The notes under the pieces were generated by a model. The model was not told the origin of the DNA. It ran no database searches and was given only the letters and a program-made list of their open reading frames with translations. Made by a program: the position numbers and the translations under genes. From Candidatus Latescibacterota bacterium (GTDB lineage: Bacteria; Latescibacterota; UBA2968), in contig OZ242195.1 in the NCBI GenBank assembly GCA_965205975.1, forward strand, positions 4,416,001-4,480,000: a stretch of 64,000 nucleotides of DNA, read 5' to 3'. This document shows positions 19,934-28,965 of the stretch, piece by piece. The first letter of the stretch is position 1. Every line of letters begins with the position of its first letter.

Positions 19934-21448
19934 CTAAATCCCATACAGCGGTTCGTACTTTGCCCTGAGATGCCGCATCAAGGGTTCATGGCTCAGGGGT
20001 TTGCCCGTTACGACTTCGATGAGTTCATTTGCGCGGTAGCGCTGGCCCTGCGAATAGATTTTTTCCGTTAACCAGTTTTTCAGCGGTTCAAATACGCCTT
20101 CGGCAAATTGTGCGTTCAGGTCGCCTACTTCCTGGCGCGCTTGTTCAAAGAATTGCGCGGCGTACAAATTGCCTAATGCATAAGTTGGAAAGTACCCTAT
20201 CCCTCCACCACTCCAGTGTATGTCTTGCAAACACCCCAGAGCATCGTCCGGGGGGATGATTCCCAGATATTTTTCAAATGTTTCGTTCCAGACACCGGGG
20301 ATGTCTTCGGCTTTTAACCCGCCATGAATCAGTGCTTGTTCGAGTTCAAAGCGCAGCATGATGTGTAAGTTGTACGTGGCTTCGTCGGCTTCTACGCGAA
20401 TATATGAGGGGGCGACGGCGTTGATTGCGGCGTAGAAGTCGCGTTCGGATACGTCGCTTAGTGCGTCTGGGAATGCGGCTTGCACTTTGGGGTAGAAGTG
20501 TGTCCAAAATGCTTCACTGCGGCCGACGAAGTTTTCCCACATGCGAGATTGCGATTCGTGTATGCCCAGGGATATAGAGCCTCCCATGGGTGTGCCGTAA
20601 TGTTCGTCGTTTAAGCCCTGGTCGTATATGCCGTGGCCCGCTTCGTGCATGATGCTGAAGAATGATTCGGAAAAGAAGTGTGTGTTATACCGCGTGGTCA
20701 GGCGGGTGTCGCCCGGTCCAATGCCGCTGCAAAATGGGTGGGTGGTGATGTCCAGGCGACCGTTGTCAAAGTTGAAGCCGATTTGTGCGGCGGCGGTTTT
20801 TCCAAATTCTTCTTGTTGGTCTATGGGATATGTGCGCGTTAGAATATTTTCATCGGGTTTTTTGCCGGATTCGGCGATTGCACCCACGAGTTCGACGAGT
20901 TCGTCGCGCAGGCCCGAGAAGACCCGGGTCAGGTTTTCAGTGGTTTCGCCGGGTTCATAGTCGTCTAATAACGTGTCGTAAGAGGTTTCGCCCGTGTTCA
21001 GCGCATTTACTTGTTGATGTTTTAGATCGAGGATTTTTTTGAGGTGGGGTTGAAACAGGGCGTAGTCCGATTTTTCGCGGGCTTCTCGCCATGCTTGCTG
21101 CGAGATGGTGGCTACGCGGGCGAGTTCTTCGACGAGGGATTGGGGGAGTTTGATAGCCCGATCGTAGTCCCGGCGAAGTTCTCGTACGTTGATTGCGGCT
21201 TCAGAATAAGGATCGGAGATCAGGTCGCTGTTTTCTATTTCTGTGAGATAGTCGCCGATTTGAGGAGCGGTTGCACGTTCGTGTATCATGCCGCTGAGCA
21301 ATGCGAGTTGCTCGGCGCGATGCCCGGCTCCGCCTTTGGGCATGTAGGTCTGTTTGTCCCAACCCAATACACTGGCACAGGATCCCAATAGGGAGATTTG
21401 TTTTATTTCTGCGATTAGCTGCTGATATGTGGAATTGACATCGGCCAT
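19934..21448 (-). CDS. Carboxypeptidase, M32 family
   Basis: HPF, HEAGH, HESQS, IRVEADE, GYFPTYALG. Confidence 0.95.
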   Translation of the reverse strand: MADVNSTYQQLIAEIKQISLLGSCASVLGWDKQTYMPKGGAGHRAEQLALLSGMIHERATAPQIGDYLTEIENSDLISDPYSEAAINVRELRRDYDRAIKLPQSLVEELARVATISQQAWREAREKSDYALFQPHLKKILDLKHQQVNALNTGETSYDTLLDDYEPGETTENLTRVFSGLRDELVELVGAIAESGKKPDENILTRTYPIDQQEEFGKTAAAQIGFNFDNGRLDITTHPFCSGIGPGDTRLTTRYNTHFFSESFFSIMHEAGHGIYDQGLNDEHYGTPMGGSISLGIHESQSRMWENFVGRSEAFWTHFYPKVQAAFPDALSDVSERDFYAAINAVAPSYIRVEADEATYNLHIMLRFELEQALIHGGLKAEDIPGVWNETFEKYLGIIPPDDALGCLQDIHWSGGGIGYFPTYALGNLYAAQFFEQARQEVGDLNAQFAEGVFEPLKNWLTEKIYSQGQRYRANELIEVVTGKPLSHEPLMRHLRAKYEPLYGI

Positions 21449-21690
21449 TTTTGCTCCTTGTGATGGTTTTTCAATGCGATGCACAGTAGGACAAAATCTA
21501 TGCACCTGTCAAGATGAAAACAAGACTTTTTCTGGTATTCGTCGTGCCTCTGGTCTCAAAAGCCGGAAATTTGAACGCGCAATCAGAAAAGCACTTGAAA
21601 GAAGACACAATTCTGAGTATGCTTTGTGGAAGCCGGTCAGAGTAAATAATGTGAGGACTGTTGGAAACAGGGTAGTTTGGGTCAGGGAAT

Positions 21691-21945
21691 ATGAATAAAC
21701 GTCACTGGAGAACATTTAATGCGATCTTTGCACATCCTATATCGGGCAATATCAAATGGCGAGATGTTGAAGCCTTGTTAAAGACCTTGGGAGCAGTCCT
21801 CAGTGAACGTGCGGGATCGAGAGTTGCTGTGTCGCTTAATGATAGAGTTGCTGTTTTTCATCGCCCGCATCCGAGTCCAAATATGGATAAGGGTGCAGTA
21901 AGAGATCTGCGAAGATTTCTTGAACATGCAGGGGTCATGCCATGA
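21691..21945 (+). CDS. hicA: HicA-family toxin
   Basis: IKWRDVEALL, GSRV, FHRPHP. Confidence 0.85.
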   Translation: MNKRHWRTFNAIFAHPISGNIKWRDVEALLKTLGAVLSERAGSRVAVSLNDRVAVFHRPHPSPNMDKGAVRDLRRFLEHAGVMP

Positions 21946-22196
21946 TTGAATACAAAGGATATCTCGGGGATGTTGTGTTTGATCCGGAGATTGATGCCTT
22001 TCACGGGACGGTGATCAATATCAATGATGTGATCACGTTCTATGGATCATCTGTAGCGGAACTGAGGAAAGAGATGCAGAAGTCAATTGAGGCATATTTT
22101 GAGTTTTGCAAGGAACAGGGAAGAGATCCGGAAGAACCGTTGACAGATAAAGCCCTTGTGCAAGCGGGTGGAAGGCATAAGGATTTGGATGATTAA
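21942..22196 (+). CDS. hicB: HicB-family antitoxin (C-terminal DNA-binding part appears missing)
   Basis: MIEYKGY, FHGTVININDVITFYG; overlaps hicA stop. Confidence 0.8.
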   Translation: MIEYKGYLGDVVFDPEIDAFHGTVININDVITFYGSSVAELRKEMQKSIEAYFEFCKEQGRDPEEPLTDKALVQAGGRHKDLDD

Positions 22197-22377
22197 AATG
22201 AGAGACCAGAAGATTAATGAAGTTCGCAGAATCCGACATGAAATTTCAGCGAGATTTGGACACGATATTGGACGATTGGTCGCTTATTACCAAAAGATAG
22301 AGAAAGAATTCAGGCGATCTGGCAAATACAAATTCGCTGATTCCAAAGAATCAGAAAGAAGGAATAGTACTCTATGA
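22189..22377 (+). CDS. Small hypothetical protein (resembles PIN partner at 33910-34083)
   Basis: DQKINEVRRIRHEISARFGHDIGRLV; overlaps both neighbours. Confidence 0.6.
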   Translation: MIKMRDQKINEVRRIRHEISARFGHDIGRLVAYYQKIEKEFRRSGKYKFADSKESERRNSTL

Positions 22378-22796
22378 ACGAGGTTGATGAGGCGCGTGCT
22401 ATGCTTTCGATGGCGGAAAAAAATTTGCGTGCATTAAAGGGCATGGATGATGCGACAGTATTTTATGATGAAATTTTTGGTTTTCATGTTCAGCAGACGA
22501 TAGCGAAATCGTTAAAAGCCTGGATTATCGCTATTGGCGTTGCGTTCCCATCCATCCACAATATCGCGAGATTGCTTGCGATTCTCGAAGAGAATGGATG
22601 TGATGTCGAGTCATTTTGGGATCTGGTTGAATATACAGCATATTCTGTTACGTTTCGATACGATGCCGCTGAAATGACTGATGACCCTATAGACCGTCCT
22701 GATGCGTTAGAACAAGCACAAAGGCTCTATGATCATGTCGAGCAGTTTCTCAATGATGCCTCAACTGAAGCGTCACAATCGGAAAATGATGCATGA
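22374..22796 (+). CDS. HEPN domain protein
   Basis: FGFHVQQTIAKSLKA, HNIARLL, FRY. Confidence 0.85.
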   Translation: MNEVDEARAMLSMAEKNLRALKGMDDATVFYDEIFGFHVQQTIAKSLKAWIIAIGVAFPSIHNIARLLAILEENGCDVESFWDLVEYTAYSVTFRYDAAEMTDDPIDRPDALEQAQRLYDHVEQFLNDASTEASQSENDA

Positions 22797-23551
22797 AAAA
22801 TAACCGCGATGTTATTCAGGCACTTGTCGATGCGTTTCCAACGGAACCCGTGTGTGTGGCTGATGCGCTGTCGGATGGGCGGTTTTTTTTGGATGAGAAA
22901 TACGATGCCCTTTCCCGGCGGCTCGGTGAGGTGTTCTGGTTGCCGGTGTCACATGCTTATGTCGTGTTCTGTTATGCGTATAGCGCGTTGTTTGGGATTC
23001 CCGATTTTACGCGTGAAGCCCTGATGCGGCAGCCCGATCGGTTTTCGCAAAAGCGTTTGGCGCTGACGATTCGCTCGACGAGTGGTTTTATACTCGATGG
23101 CTTTGGCTATGACCGTCGCACGGAGCGGTATCGCAAGGATATTTATTGGCCCGGTCCGGTTATTCGCAGTGTGCATGTGGCGAGTCCCAGGCACAACAAG
23201 GCGCGGATTTCCAATCCGGCAATGGCGTATTTTGGTTATCATCTCATCCGCGCGGCAGAATGGCTTTCTGTACATCGCGAGGATGCGGATATTGCCGGAG
23301 AACGTCGGCGGCACTATGATTTTGTTGGTGACTTTTTCCGCACGGCTGATTATCCTTTCCCTGTAGATCGCCGCGAGGCGAGGGAATTTTCGAGGCAGGT
23401 TGATGGGTTGCTCGCCGGGGGTGACTGTGCGGATTGCTGGCATAACATCCGCCACGCGGCGAGAGAATTGGGCGTGGATCTGGATTTTGAAGATCTCGCG
23501 TCTTTTTTGCCCAGACGAACGGGTACATTTTTTAGACAGGTTGTTTTTTAA
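22793..23551 (+). CDS. Hypothetical protein, possible distant MpaB/DUF2236 oxygenase-like
   Basis: 252-aa ORF coupled to HEPN gene; weak KR..T / H / ISN..MAY resemblance. Confidence 0.5.
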   Translation: MKNNRDVIQALVDAFPTEPVCVADALSDGRFFLDEKYDALSRRLGEVFWLPVSHAYVVFCYAYSALFGIPDFTREALMRQPDRFSQKRLALTIRSTSGFILDGFGYDRRTERYRKDIYWPGPVIRSVHVASPRHNKARISNPAMAYFGYHLIRAAEWLSVHREDADIAGERRRHYDFVGDFFRTADYPFPVDRREAREFSRQVDGLLAGGDCADCWHNIRHAARELGVDLDFEDLASFLPRRTGTFFRQVVF

Positions 23552-23640
23552 TTCAGTATAATAGGAGGCAGGATATGTCGAAGAGCCTCTTTAACAAGGT
23601 CGCTCATTCTTTTTTCACTCTTTTTAAAAGGAGACGTCAC

Positions 23641-23880
23641 ATGGCCCGGATAGAAATTGAATATTGTGCATCTTGAGGCTATGAACCACAATCCGTCGGG
23701 ATGACGGATCAAATTGTCAATGCGTTTAAGCAGGATATCGAAGCTATTACCCTTATTCCGTCCAGCGGTGGTCGCTTTGAGGTTACGGTTGATGGCGAAC
23801 TGGTGTTCTCCAAACTCAAGGAGAAACGCTTTCCAGAATACGAGGAAATCCAACCGCATATTCAAAGTCGAATTTCGTGA
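23641..23880 (+). CDS. Rdx/SelW-family selenoprotein (CxxU, Sec codon TGA 23674-23676)
   Basis: AAGGAG RBS; MARIEIEYCAS-TGA-GY...PSSGGRFEVTVDGELVFSKLKEKRFP, all in frame. Confidence 0.92.
23691..23709 (+). promoter_or_regulatory. Putative bacterial SECIS hairpin
   Basis: ATCCGTC-GGGAT-GACGGAT starting 14 nt after the in-frame TGA; loop begins with G. Confidence 0.75.
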
Positions 23881-23945
23881 ATTGGGGATGCTGAAAATAA
23901 GTGAGCCGGGGTAAAAAAACTCCGGCTCAAATTCAGGCGATTAAA

Positions 23946-24128
23946 ATGAAACAATACAACGCTTGCTATACGCCAATTCCATCGGGTTACATGGGACAAC
24001 TGTTGGATTGGCCAGAAGTAGTGACGGAGGGGGCGACAATAGAAGAATGTACAGAATTACTACAAGATGCGCTCAACGAAATGATACAAGCCTATAGCGA
24101 ATTGGGTAAACCCATTCCCAAACCCTAA
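23946..24128 (+). CDS. Short HicB-like antitoxin
   Basis: VTEGATIEEC...DALNEMIQAYSELGKPIP. Confidence 0.75.
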   Translation: MKQYNACYTPIPSGYMGQLLDWPEVVTEGATIEECTELLQDALNEMIQAYSELGKPIPKP

Positions 24129-24144
24129 TACAAAGGATGAGGTT

Positions 24145-24462
24145 ATGGAAACAGCAATTCGAGAAATGACGCGCAGAATTATCGAACAATTTAATCCCAT
24201 AAAGATCGTTCTTTTTGGTTCTCATGCACGGGGAACCGCTGTATCGGATAGTGATATTGATCTTTTAGTGATAAAAAAAATCGAAGGCTCCAAACGCAAG
24301 GAGCGCGTCGCGATAGGCATAGCCCTCCACGATATCCATGTACCAAAGGATATTATTGTTGCCTCGCCCGAAGAGGTTGCAAAATTCGGAAACACTGTGG
24401 GCACAGTATTATATCCCGCTCTGAAAGAAGGCAAAGTACTATATGAAAAAACCCTCGCCTGA
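24145..24462 (+). CDS. Minimal nucleotidyltransferase (MNT)
   Basis: LFGSHARG, DSDIDLLVI, KEGKVLYE. Confidence 0.9.
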   Translation: METAIREMTRRIIEQFNPIKIVLFGSHARGTAVSDSDIDLLVIKKIEGSKRKERVAIGIALHDIHVPKDIIVASPEEVAKFGNTVGTVLYPALKEGKVLYEKTLA

Positions 24463-24780
24463 AACTATAGTACTGGTTAAAGTCTCAAGTCATCGGCACA
24501 GCGCGTGAGTCCGTCTCGCAGCGGTCATTGTTATTCCATTCCAACGGTGCAGGTCACAGCATGGTGTACTATCACGGAAACGATTTGCGCTGTGCCAGCC
24601 CCTCGGCGTTTGAGAGCGGCATTTTTTGCCTACTTTTCTTCAGATGCTCATTCGCGTCTTCTCTGGTGACAAAAAGTAGGTCGCCGAAGGCATGAAAAGA
24701 AAAATTTTAAAAAACTTTATAGGTCGTTTCACCACAACAAATGAATTATACACTCCCCCCATTTAATCACGGAGGCTTTC

Positions 24781-25818
24781 ATGAGCGATCTCAATGTCGG
24801 CATTGTTGGACTCGGCTGGGTAGCTGGGGCGCATATCGATACTTTTAAGGCGGTCAACGGTGCAAATGTTACGGCGATATGTTCTCGTCGGGATCACAAC
24901 GAAGATGATCTTGCAGCAGAATATGGCACGCCTTTGAAGGCGTATAAAAATTACGATGAGATGATCGCAGATCCCGATATTCATATTATCGATATTTGCA
25001 CGCCGCACAAATTTCACGCGGACCAGGCGGTTGCGGCTGCCGAGGCGGGCAAACACTTGCTTATCGAAAAGCCTATATGTCTGTCTTATGAGGATCTCAA
25101 ACGGGTGCGCGATGCGATTGTAGCAGCCGGGGTGCAATCCTGTGTGTGTTTTGAGTGTCGCTTTAGCGCGCACTTTTCTATGATCCGCTCGATTATTGAC
25201 GAGGGGTTGCTCGGCGAGTTGCACTATGGCGAGGTTGATTACTACCACGGCATTGGTCCCTGGTATGGTCAATTTGAATGGAATGTGAAGAAGGATTTTG
25301 CCGGGTCGAGTTTGCTCACTGCGGGATGTCACGCTCTGGATGCGTGTCTGTTTTTTATGGATGGCAATGTGGAGGAAGTGACGAGTCTGGCTACGAGATC
25401 GAGGTCCGATATTTTTGAACCTTATGAATACGATACGACCACGGTTTCTCTTCTCAAATTTGCCAATGGCAATGCGGCAAAGGTGACTTCGTGTGTCGAT
25501 TGCTTGCAGCCCTATTATTTTCACATTCACCTCGTTGGGTCCGAAGGTAGCTTGCTGGATAATCGGATCTATTCCCACAAGTTGCACGGCATGAGCAAAG
25601 AGAGGTGGAGTACGCTGGAGACGTCGCTGATTGACTCTGGGGATGTGGCAGATCATCCCTATGAGCCGCAGTTCCAGGCGTTTGTGGATGGTATCAATGC
25701 GAATGAGCCGATGCCGCGCACGAATTTTGATATTGCTTTTGAGACCCACCGCGTCAATTTTGCCGCCGATCTTTCGGCGTCGGAGGGACGCACGGTCCAG
25801 CTTTCGGAATTTGACTGA
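24781..25818 (+). CDS. Gfo/Idh/MocA oxidoreductase
   Basis: [22 protein letters not shown]. Confidence 0.93.
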   Translation: MSDLNVGIVGLGWVAGAHIDTFKAVNGANVTAICSRRDHNEDDLAAEYGTPLKAYKNYDEMIADPDIHIIDICTPHKFHADQAVAAAEAGKHLLIEKPICLSYEDLKRVRDAIVAAGVQSCVCFECRFSAHFSMIRSIIDEGLLGELHYGEVDYYHGIGPWYGQFEWNVKKDFAGSSLLTAGCHALDACLFFMDGNVEEVTSLATRSRSDIFEPYEYDTTTVSLLKFANGNAAKVTSCVDCLQPYYFHIHLVGSEGSLLDNRIYSHKLHGMSKERWSTLETSLIDSGDVADHPYEPQFQAFVDGINANEPMPRTNFDIAFETHRVNFAADLSASEGRTVQLSEFD

Positions 25819-25838
25819 TGAGATGATGAGGATCGCAG

Positions 25839-25873
25839 AAACCCACTCGCGAGGATAGCGGGTGGGTTTTTTT
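25839..25873 (+). terminator. Intrinsic terminator between convergent genes
   Basis: AAACCCACTCGC-N7-GCGGGTGGGTTTTTTT. Confidence 0.8.
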
Positions 25874-26643
25874 TATTTTTGCGAGAGATTAAAGAGCAGG
25901 ATGCCACTTGCGACTGCAATGTTGAGCGATTCGACCGGGGCGGCCATGGGTATGGTGACGGTGTGGTGGGATAGGGCGAGGAGGGCGGGGTCGATGCCAA
26001 AGGCTTCGTTGCCGAGGAGGAGGGCAACGGGTTTTTGGGGTTGGAGTTTGTGGAAGGAGATGCCGCTGGTGTGTGCTGCGATGATCTGGATGTTGCGCTG
26101 GCGGAGTTGGTGTAACAGGGCGGGTCCGTCCTGGAGGGGGAAGACGGGCATGCGAAAGATGGCACCCATGGTGGCGCGCACGACTTTGGGGTTATAGACT
26201 TCTACCGATCCGCGGGTGAGAAAGATGCCTTTGCATCCGGCTGCTTCGGCTGTTCGCATGATGACGCCCAGATTGCCGGGGTCAGAGATGCGGTCGAGGA
26301 TGAGGAATGGGCCATTGGTGTTGAGGACGGTTTTGCGATCATAGGTCGGCATTGATACCACGCCGAGTACGCCTTGCGGTGTGTCTGTGTCTGACATGTG
26401 TTTGAAGGCGCGCCAGTCGGTTTGCTGGATGGGGATGCGTTGTGCGAGAGCCGCCTGATAGAGGTTTTCGAGGCGCGTGTTGCGGGCGATGCTTTCGCGG
26501 CAGAAGATGAGTTGTTCGAGGGTGTCACTGCTTTTGAGTGCTTCTTCGCAGAGGCGAATGCCCTCTATGAGGTATTTTTGTTCTGCCTGACGCATTTTAC
26601 GGCGTTTCAGGTTCAGGATTTTTTTGGCGTTTTTGATGGCCAT
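25873..26643 (-). CDS. TrmH/SpoU-family RNA methyltransferase
   Basis: DPGNLGVIMRTA, GNEAFG, ESLNIA. Confidence 0.93.
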   Translation of the reverse strand: MAIKNAKKILNLKRRKMRQAEQKYLIEGIRLCEEALKSSDTLEQLIFCRESIARNTRLENLYQAALAQRIPIQQTDWRAFKHMSDTDTPQGVLGVVSMPTYDRKTVLNTNGPFLILDRISDPGNLGVIMRTAEAAGCKGIFLTRGSVEVYNPKVVRATMGAIFRMPVFPLQDGPALLHQLRQRNIQIIAAHTSGISFHKLQPQKPVALLLGNEAFGIDPALLALSHHTVTIPMAAPVESLNIAVASGILLFNLSQK

Positions 26644-26647
26644 GGGG

Positions 26648-26797
26648 CTATGGGGTGTTGTCTTTGTTGATGGTGGCGCGCAGTTCGCGCAGTTCTTCCC
26701 AGATTGCTTTTTCGCGTTTGGATAGGCTCAAGAAGTAGAACAGAATGGCGACCCATATTATGATGTACGCCGCGGCCATGTATTCGAGGTGTTGCAT
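26648..26797 (-). CDS. ccmD: Heme exporter protein D (49 aa, not in ORF track)
   Basis: MQHLEYMAAAYIIIWVAILFYFLSLSKREKAIWEELRELR...; one TM plus charged tail; GGAGG RBS; follows ccmC. Confidence 0.8.
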   Translation of the reverse strand: MQHLEYMAAAYIIIWVAILFYFLSLSKREKAIWEELRELRATINKDNTP

Positions 26798-26854
26798 AAG
26801 TTCCTCCATTGTGTGTTTTGCCCAGTTACTCTGAGCAAAGTATAGAAGTCCTCT

Positions 26855-26887
26855 GTCATTGCGGCATGGTGTTGAGCCGCAATCCAG
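26855..26887 (+). repeat. GTCAT-type REP-like palindrome
   Basis: GTCATTGCGGC-loop-GCCGCAATCCAG. Confidence 0.75.
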
Positions 26888-26894
26888 TTTGTTT

Positions 26895-27584
26895 TCAATC
26901 CCGAATTTCAGCTTTGAGCGATTCGAGTTCGTCCCGCGCTTTTGCGAGTGATACGCGCTTGAAGAGCAGGGCGAAAAAGAGCGCGAAGAAGGTGATGACG
27001 CAAAAGAAAAAAGCGATTTTCATGTCGGGCGGCAGGCTGATTTCTTCGCCGCGTACCACTTCGGGGTGGTGTGTGCGCCACAGTTTGGTGGCGTAGTGGA
27101 TGAAGGGTACGTTGAGGAAGCCGATTATGCCGAGGACTGCGCGAAAGCGCGCACTTTGAACCGGATCTTCGAGGTAGGCGCGCAACATGTGATACGCCGC
27201 GAGAATGAGCCAGAGTATGAGTGTGAGTGTGAGTTGCGCATCCCAGACCCACCACGCGCCCCAGATGGGTTTTGCCCAGATCGTACCTGTGATTAAGACC
27301 AGGGTGCCAAAGAGCAGGCTCACTTCGGCTGAACACGCTGCCCACAGGTCACAGTTTTTGTCGCGTTTCCAGAGATAGAAGACGCTAAAGACGAAGCAGA
27401 GAAAGCTGCCCAGGAACATCGAGAAAGCAGATGGGACGTGGTAGTAGAAAATTTTTTGTGCCAGTCCCATTTCTTTTTCTATTCCGGCGTAAACGAATAC
27501 CAGATAGGGCGCGATAGATAGGCAGATGAGTGCGAGGATGCCGAAGACATAAGGAAGGATGTAGGGTTTTTGGGGCATTGTCAA
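26895..27584 (-). CDS. ccmC: Heme exporter protein C
   Basis: YYHVP, WAKPIWGAWWVWD (WWD domain), RTHHP. Confidence 0.93.
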   Translation of the reverse strand: MTMPQKPYILPYVFGILALICLSIAPYLVFVYAGIEKEMGLAQKIFYYHVPSAFSMFLGSFLCFVFSVFYLWKRDKNCDLWAACSAEVSLLFGTLVLITGTIWAKPIWGAWWVWDAQLTLTLILWLILAAYHMLRAYLEDPVQSARFRAVLGIIGFLNVPFIHYATKLWRTHHPEVVRGEEISLPPDMKIAFFFCVITFFALFFALLFKRVSLAKARDELESLKAEIRD

Positions 27585-28258
27585 TCCTCCAGGACATATT
27601 CGAATAAGAGCAGGCAGGCAGCGATATAGAGCGCGACAAAAGCACTGCTGAGTACGAGCCAGTCTGTGATTTCACTGCCTTCGAGAACTGCGCGAAAGGA
27701 TTCGATGGCCGCGAGAAGTGCCGGGATGAATATGGGCAGTGTGAGCAGGGGCAAGAAGGCTTCTCGCAATCGGGTGTTGAGCGACATGGCGGAGAAGAGG
27801 GTGCCAATGGTTGCAAGGCCGAGGGTGCCCAGCAAGATGGGCAGGATTAGACGCGGGAGTGCCTGTGCGAGTTCTACGTTAAGAAAGATGACGAGGATGG
27901 GCAAGATGAGCGCCTGGAGTATGAGCATGGTGAGGGTGTTGCCCAGCATTTTGCCAAGGAAGATCGCTCCCGGATCCGCGGGTGTGAGGCGCAGTCCCAT
28001 CAGGCAGTCGTTTTGTGTTTCGATGGCATAAGATCGGCTGAGGCCCAGTAGCCCTGCAAATGCTGTGGCGATCCAGAAGATGCCGGGGGCGACGGTTTTT
28101 ATGATTGGCGATCCGGGTTCATATATAAAATTGAAGATGATGACGATTAGCAATGCGAAGAAGGCCATGGCGCTGAGGCGTTCTCTGGTGCGCCATTCAG
28201 TTTTGAGATCTTTTTGGAGAATGGCGAGGGTTTGTGAGAAAAAAAGAGGCATTTTCAA
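27581..28258 (-). CDS. ccmB: Heme exporter protein B
   Basis: KDLKTEWR, LLTLPIFIP; between ccmA and ccmC. Confidence 0.92.
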   Translation of the reverse strand: MKMPLFFSQTLAILQKDLKTEWRTRERLSAMAFFALLIVIIFNFIYEPGSPIIKTVAPGIFWIATAFAGLLGLSRSYAIETQNDCLMGLRLTPADPGAIFLGKMLGNTLTMLILQALILPILVIFLNVELAQALPRLILPILLGTLGLATIGTLFSAMSLNTRLREAFLPLLTLPIFIPALLAAIESFRAVLEGSEITDWLVLSSAFVALYIAACLLLFEYVLED

Positions 28259-28965
28259 AGGGTGGTTTTGGTTTCGTAGAGGGTTTGCAATTCGGTTTCA
28301 CTGATGTCTTTTGTCGATGCTTCGTGTACTAATTGGCCCTGGAAGAGGATGCCAAAGCGGTCTGCGAGTGCGAGGCCCCGCGCGAGGTCGTGTGTTACCA
28401 GGAAGATGGTGCGTCCTTCTGCTTTGAGGGTGGCGATCATGTTGGCTAATATTGACTGAGCCGATGTGTCGAGACCGGTGAAGGGTTCGTCGAGCAAGAG
28501 GGTCGATGGGTGGTGCAAGATGGCCCGGGCTATGGCCAGTCGCTGTTTCATGCCCCGGGAGAATTTTTGTATCCGGTCGCGCTGGCGATCTTTCAGACCA
28601 ACGGCGAGGAGGACTTCTTCAATGCGGGTATTGAGATTTTGGAGGCCGTACATGCGTCCGTAGAATGCGAGGTTTTCTCGCGCTGTGAGGTCGTCGTAGA
28701 GCATGGTTTGATGCGAGATGAAGCCGATGTTTTTGCGTATTTCATGCGGATTGCGTCGGGTGTCTATACCGCTGACCCAGATGTCGCCAGATGACGGTTT
28801 TGATAGTGTGGCGATGAGGCGCAACAGGGTTGTTTTGCCCGCTCCGTTTGGGCCAAAGAGTGCAAAAATACATCCCGTTGGTACGGTGAGGTTTATGTCT
28901 TGCAGGGCCGTGATATGACCAAAACGGCGGGTTGTATTCTGTATGATGATGGCCGATGTGTTCAT
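28255..28965 (-). CDS. ccmA: Heme ABC exporter ATP-binding protein
   Basis: GPNGAGKT, FSRGMKQR, LLLDEPF; context. Confidence 0.9.
   Translation of the reverse strand: MNTSAIIIQNTTRRFGHITALQDINLTVPTGCIFALFGPNGAGKTTLLRLIATLSKPSSGDIWVSGIDTRRNPHEIRKNIGFISHQTMLYDDLTARENLAFYGRMYGLQNLNTRIEEVLLAVGLKDRQRDRIQKFSRGMKQRLAIARAILHHPSTLLLDEPFTGLDTSAQSILANMIATLKAEGRTIFLVTHDLARGLALADRFGILFQGQLVHEASTKDISETELQTLYETKTTL

Noticed and set aside
21429..21698. ORF upstream of hicA
   Set aside because: No convincing start or RBS and overlaps the carboxypeptidase start; at most a gene remnant
23548..23865. 105-aa minus-strand ORF
   Set aside because: Antisense shadow of the selenoprotein gene
24763..25749. Long antisense ORFs (also 5241-6161, 8513-9433, 42894-43640 and others)
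   Set aside because: Shadows of well-supported genes; no recognisable motifs
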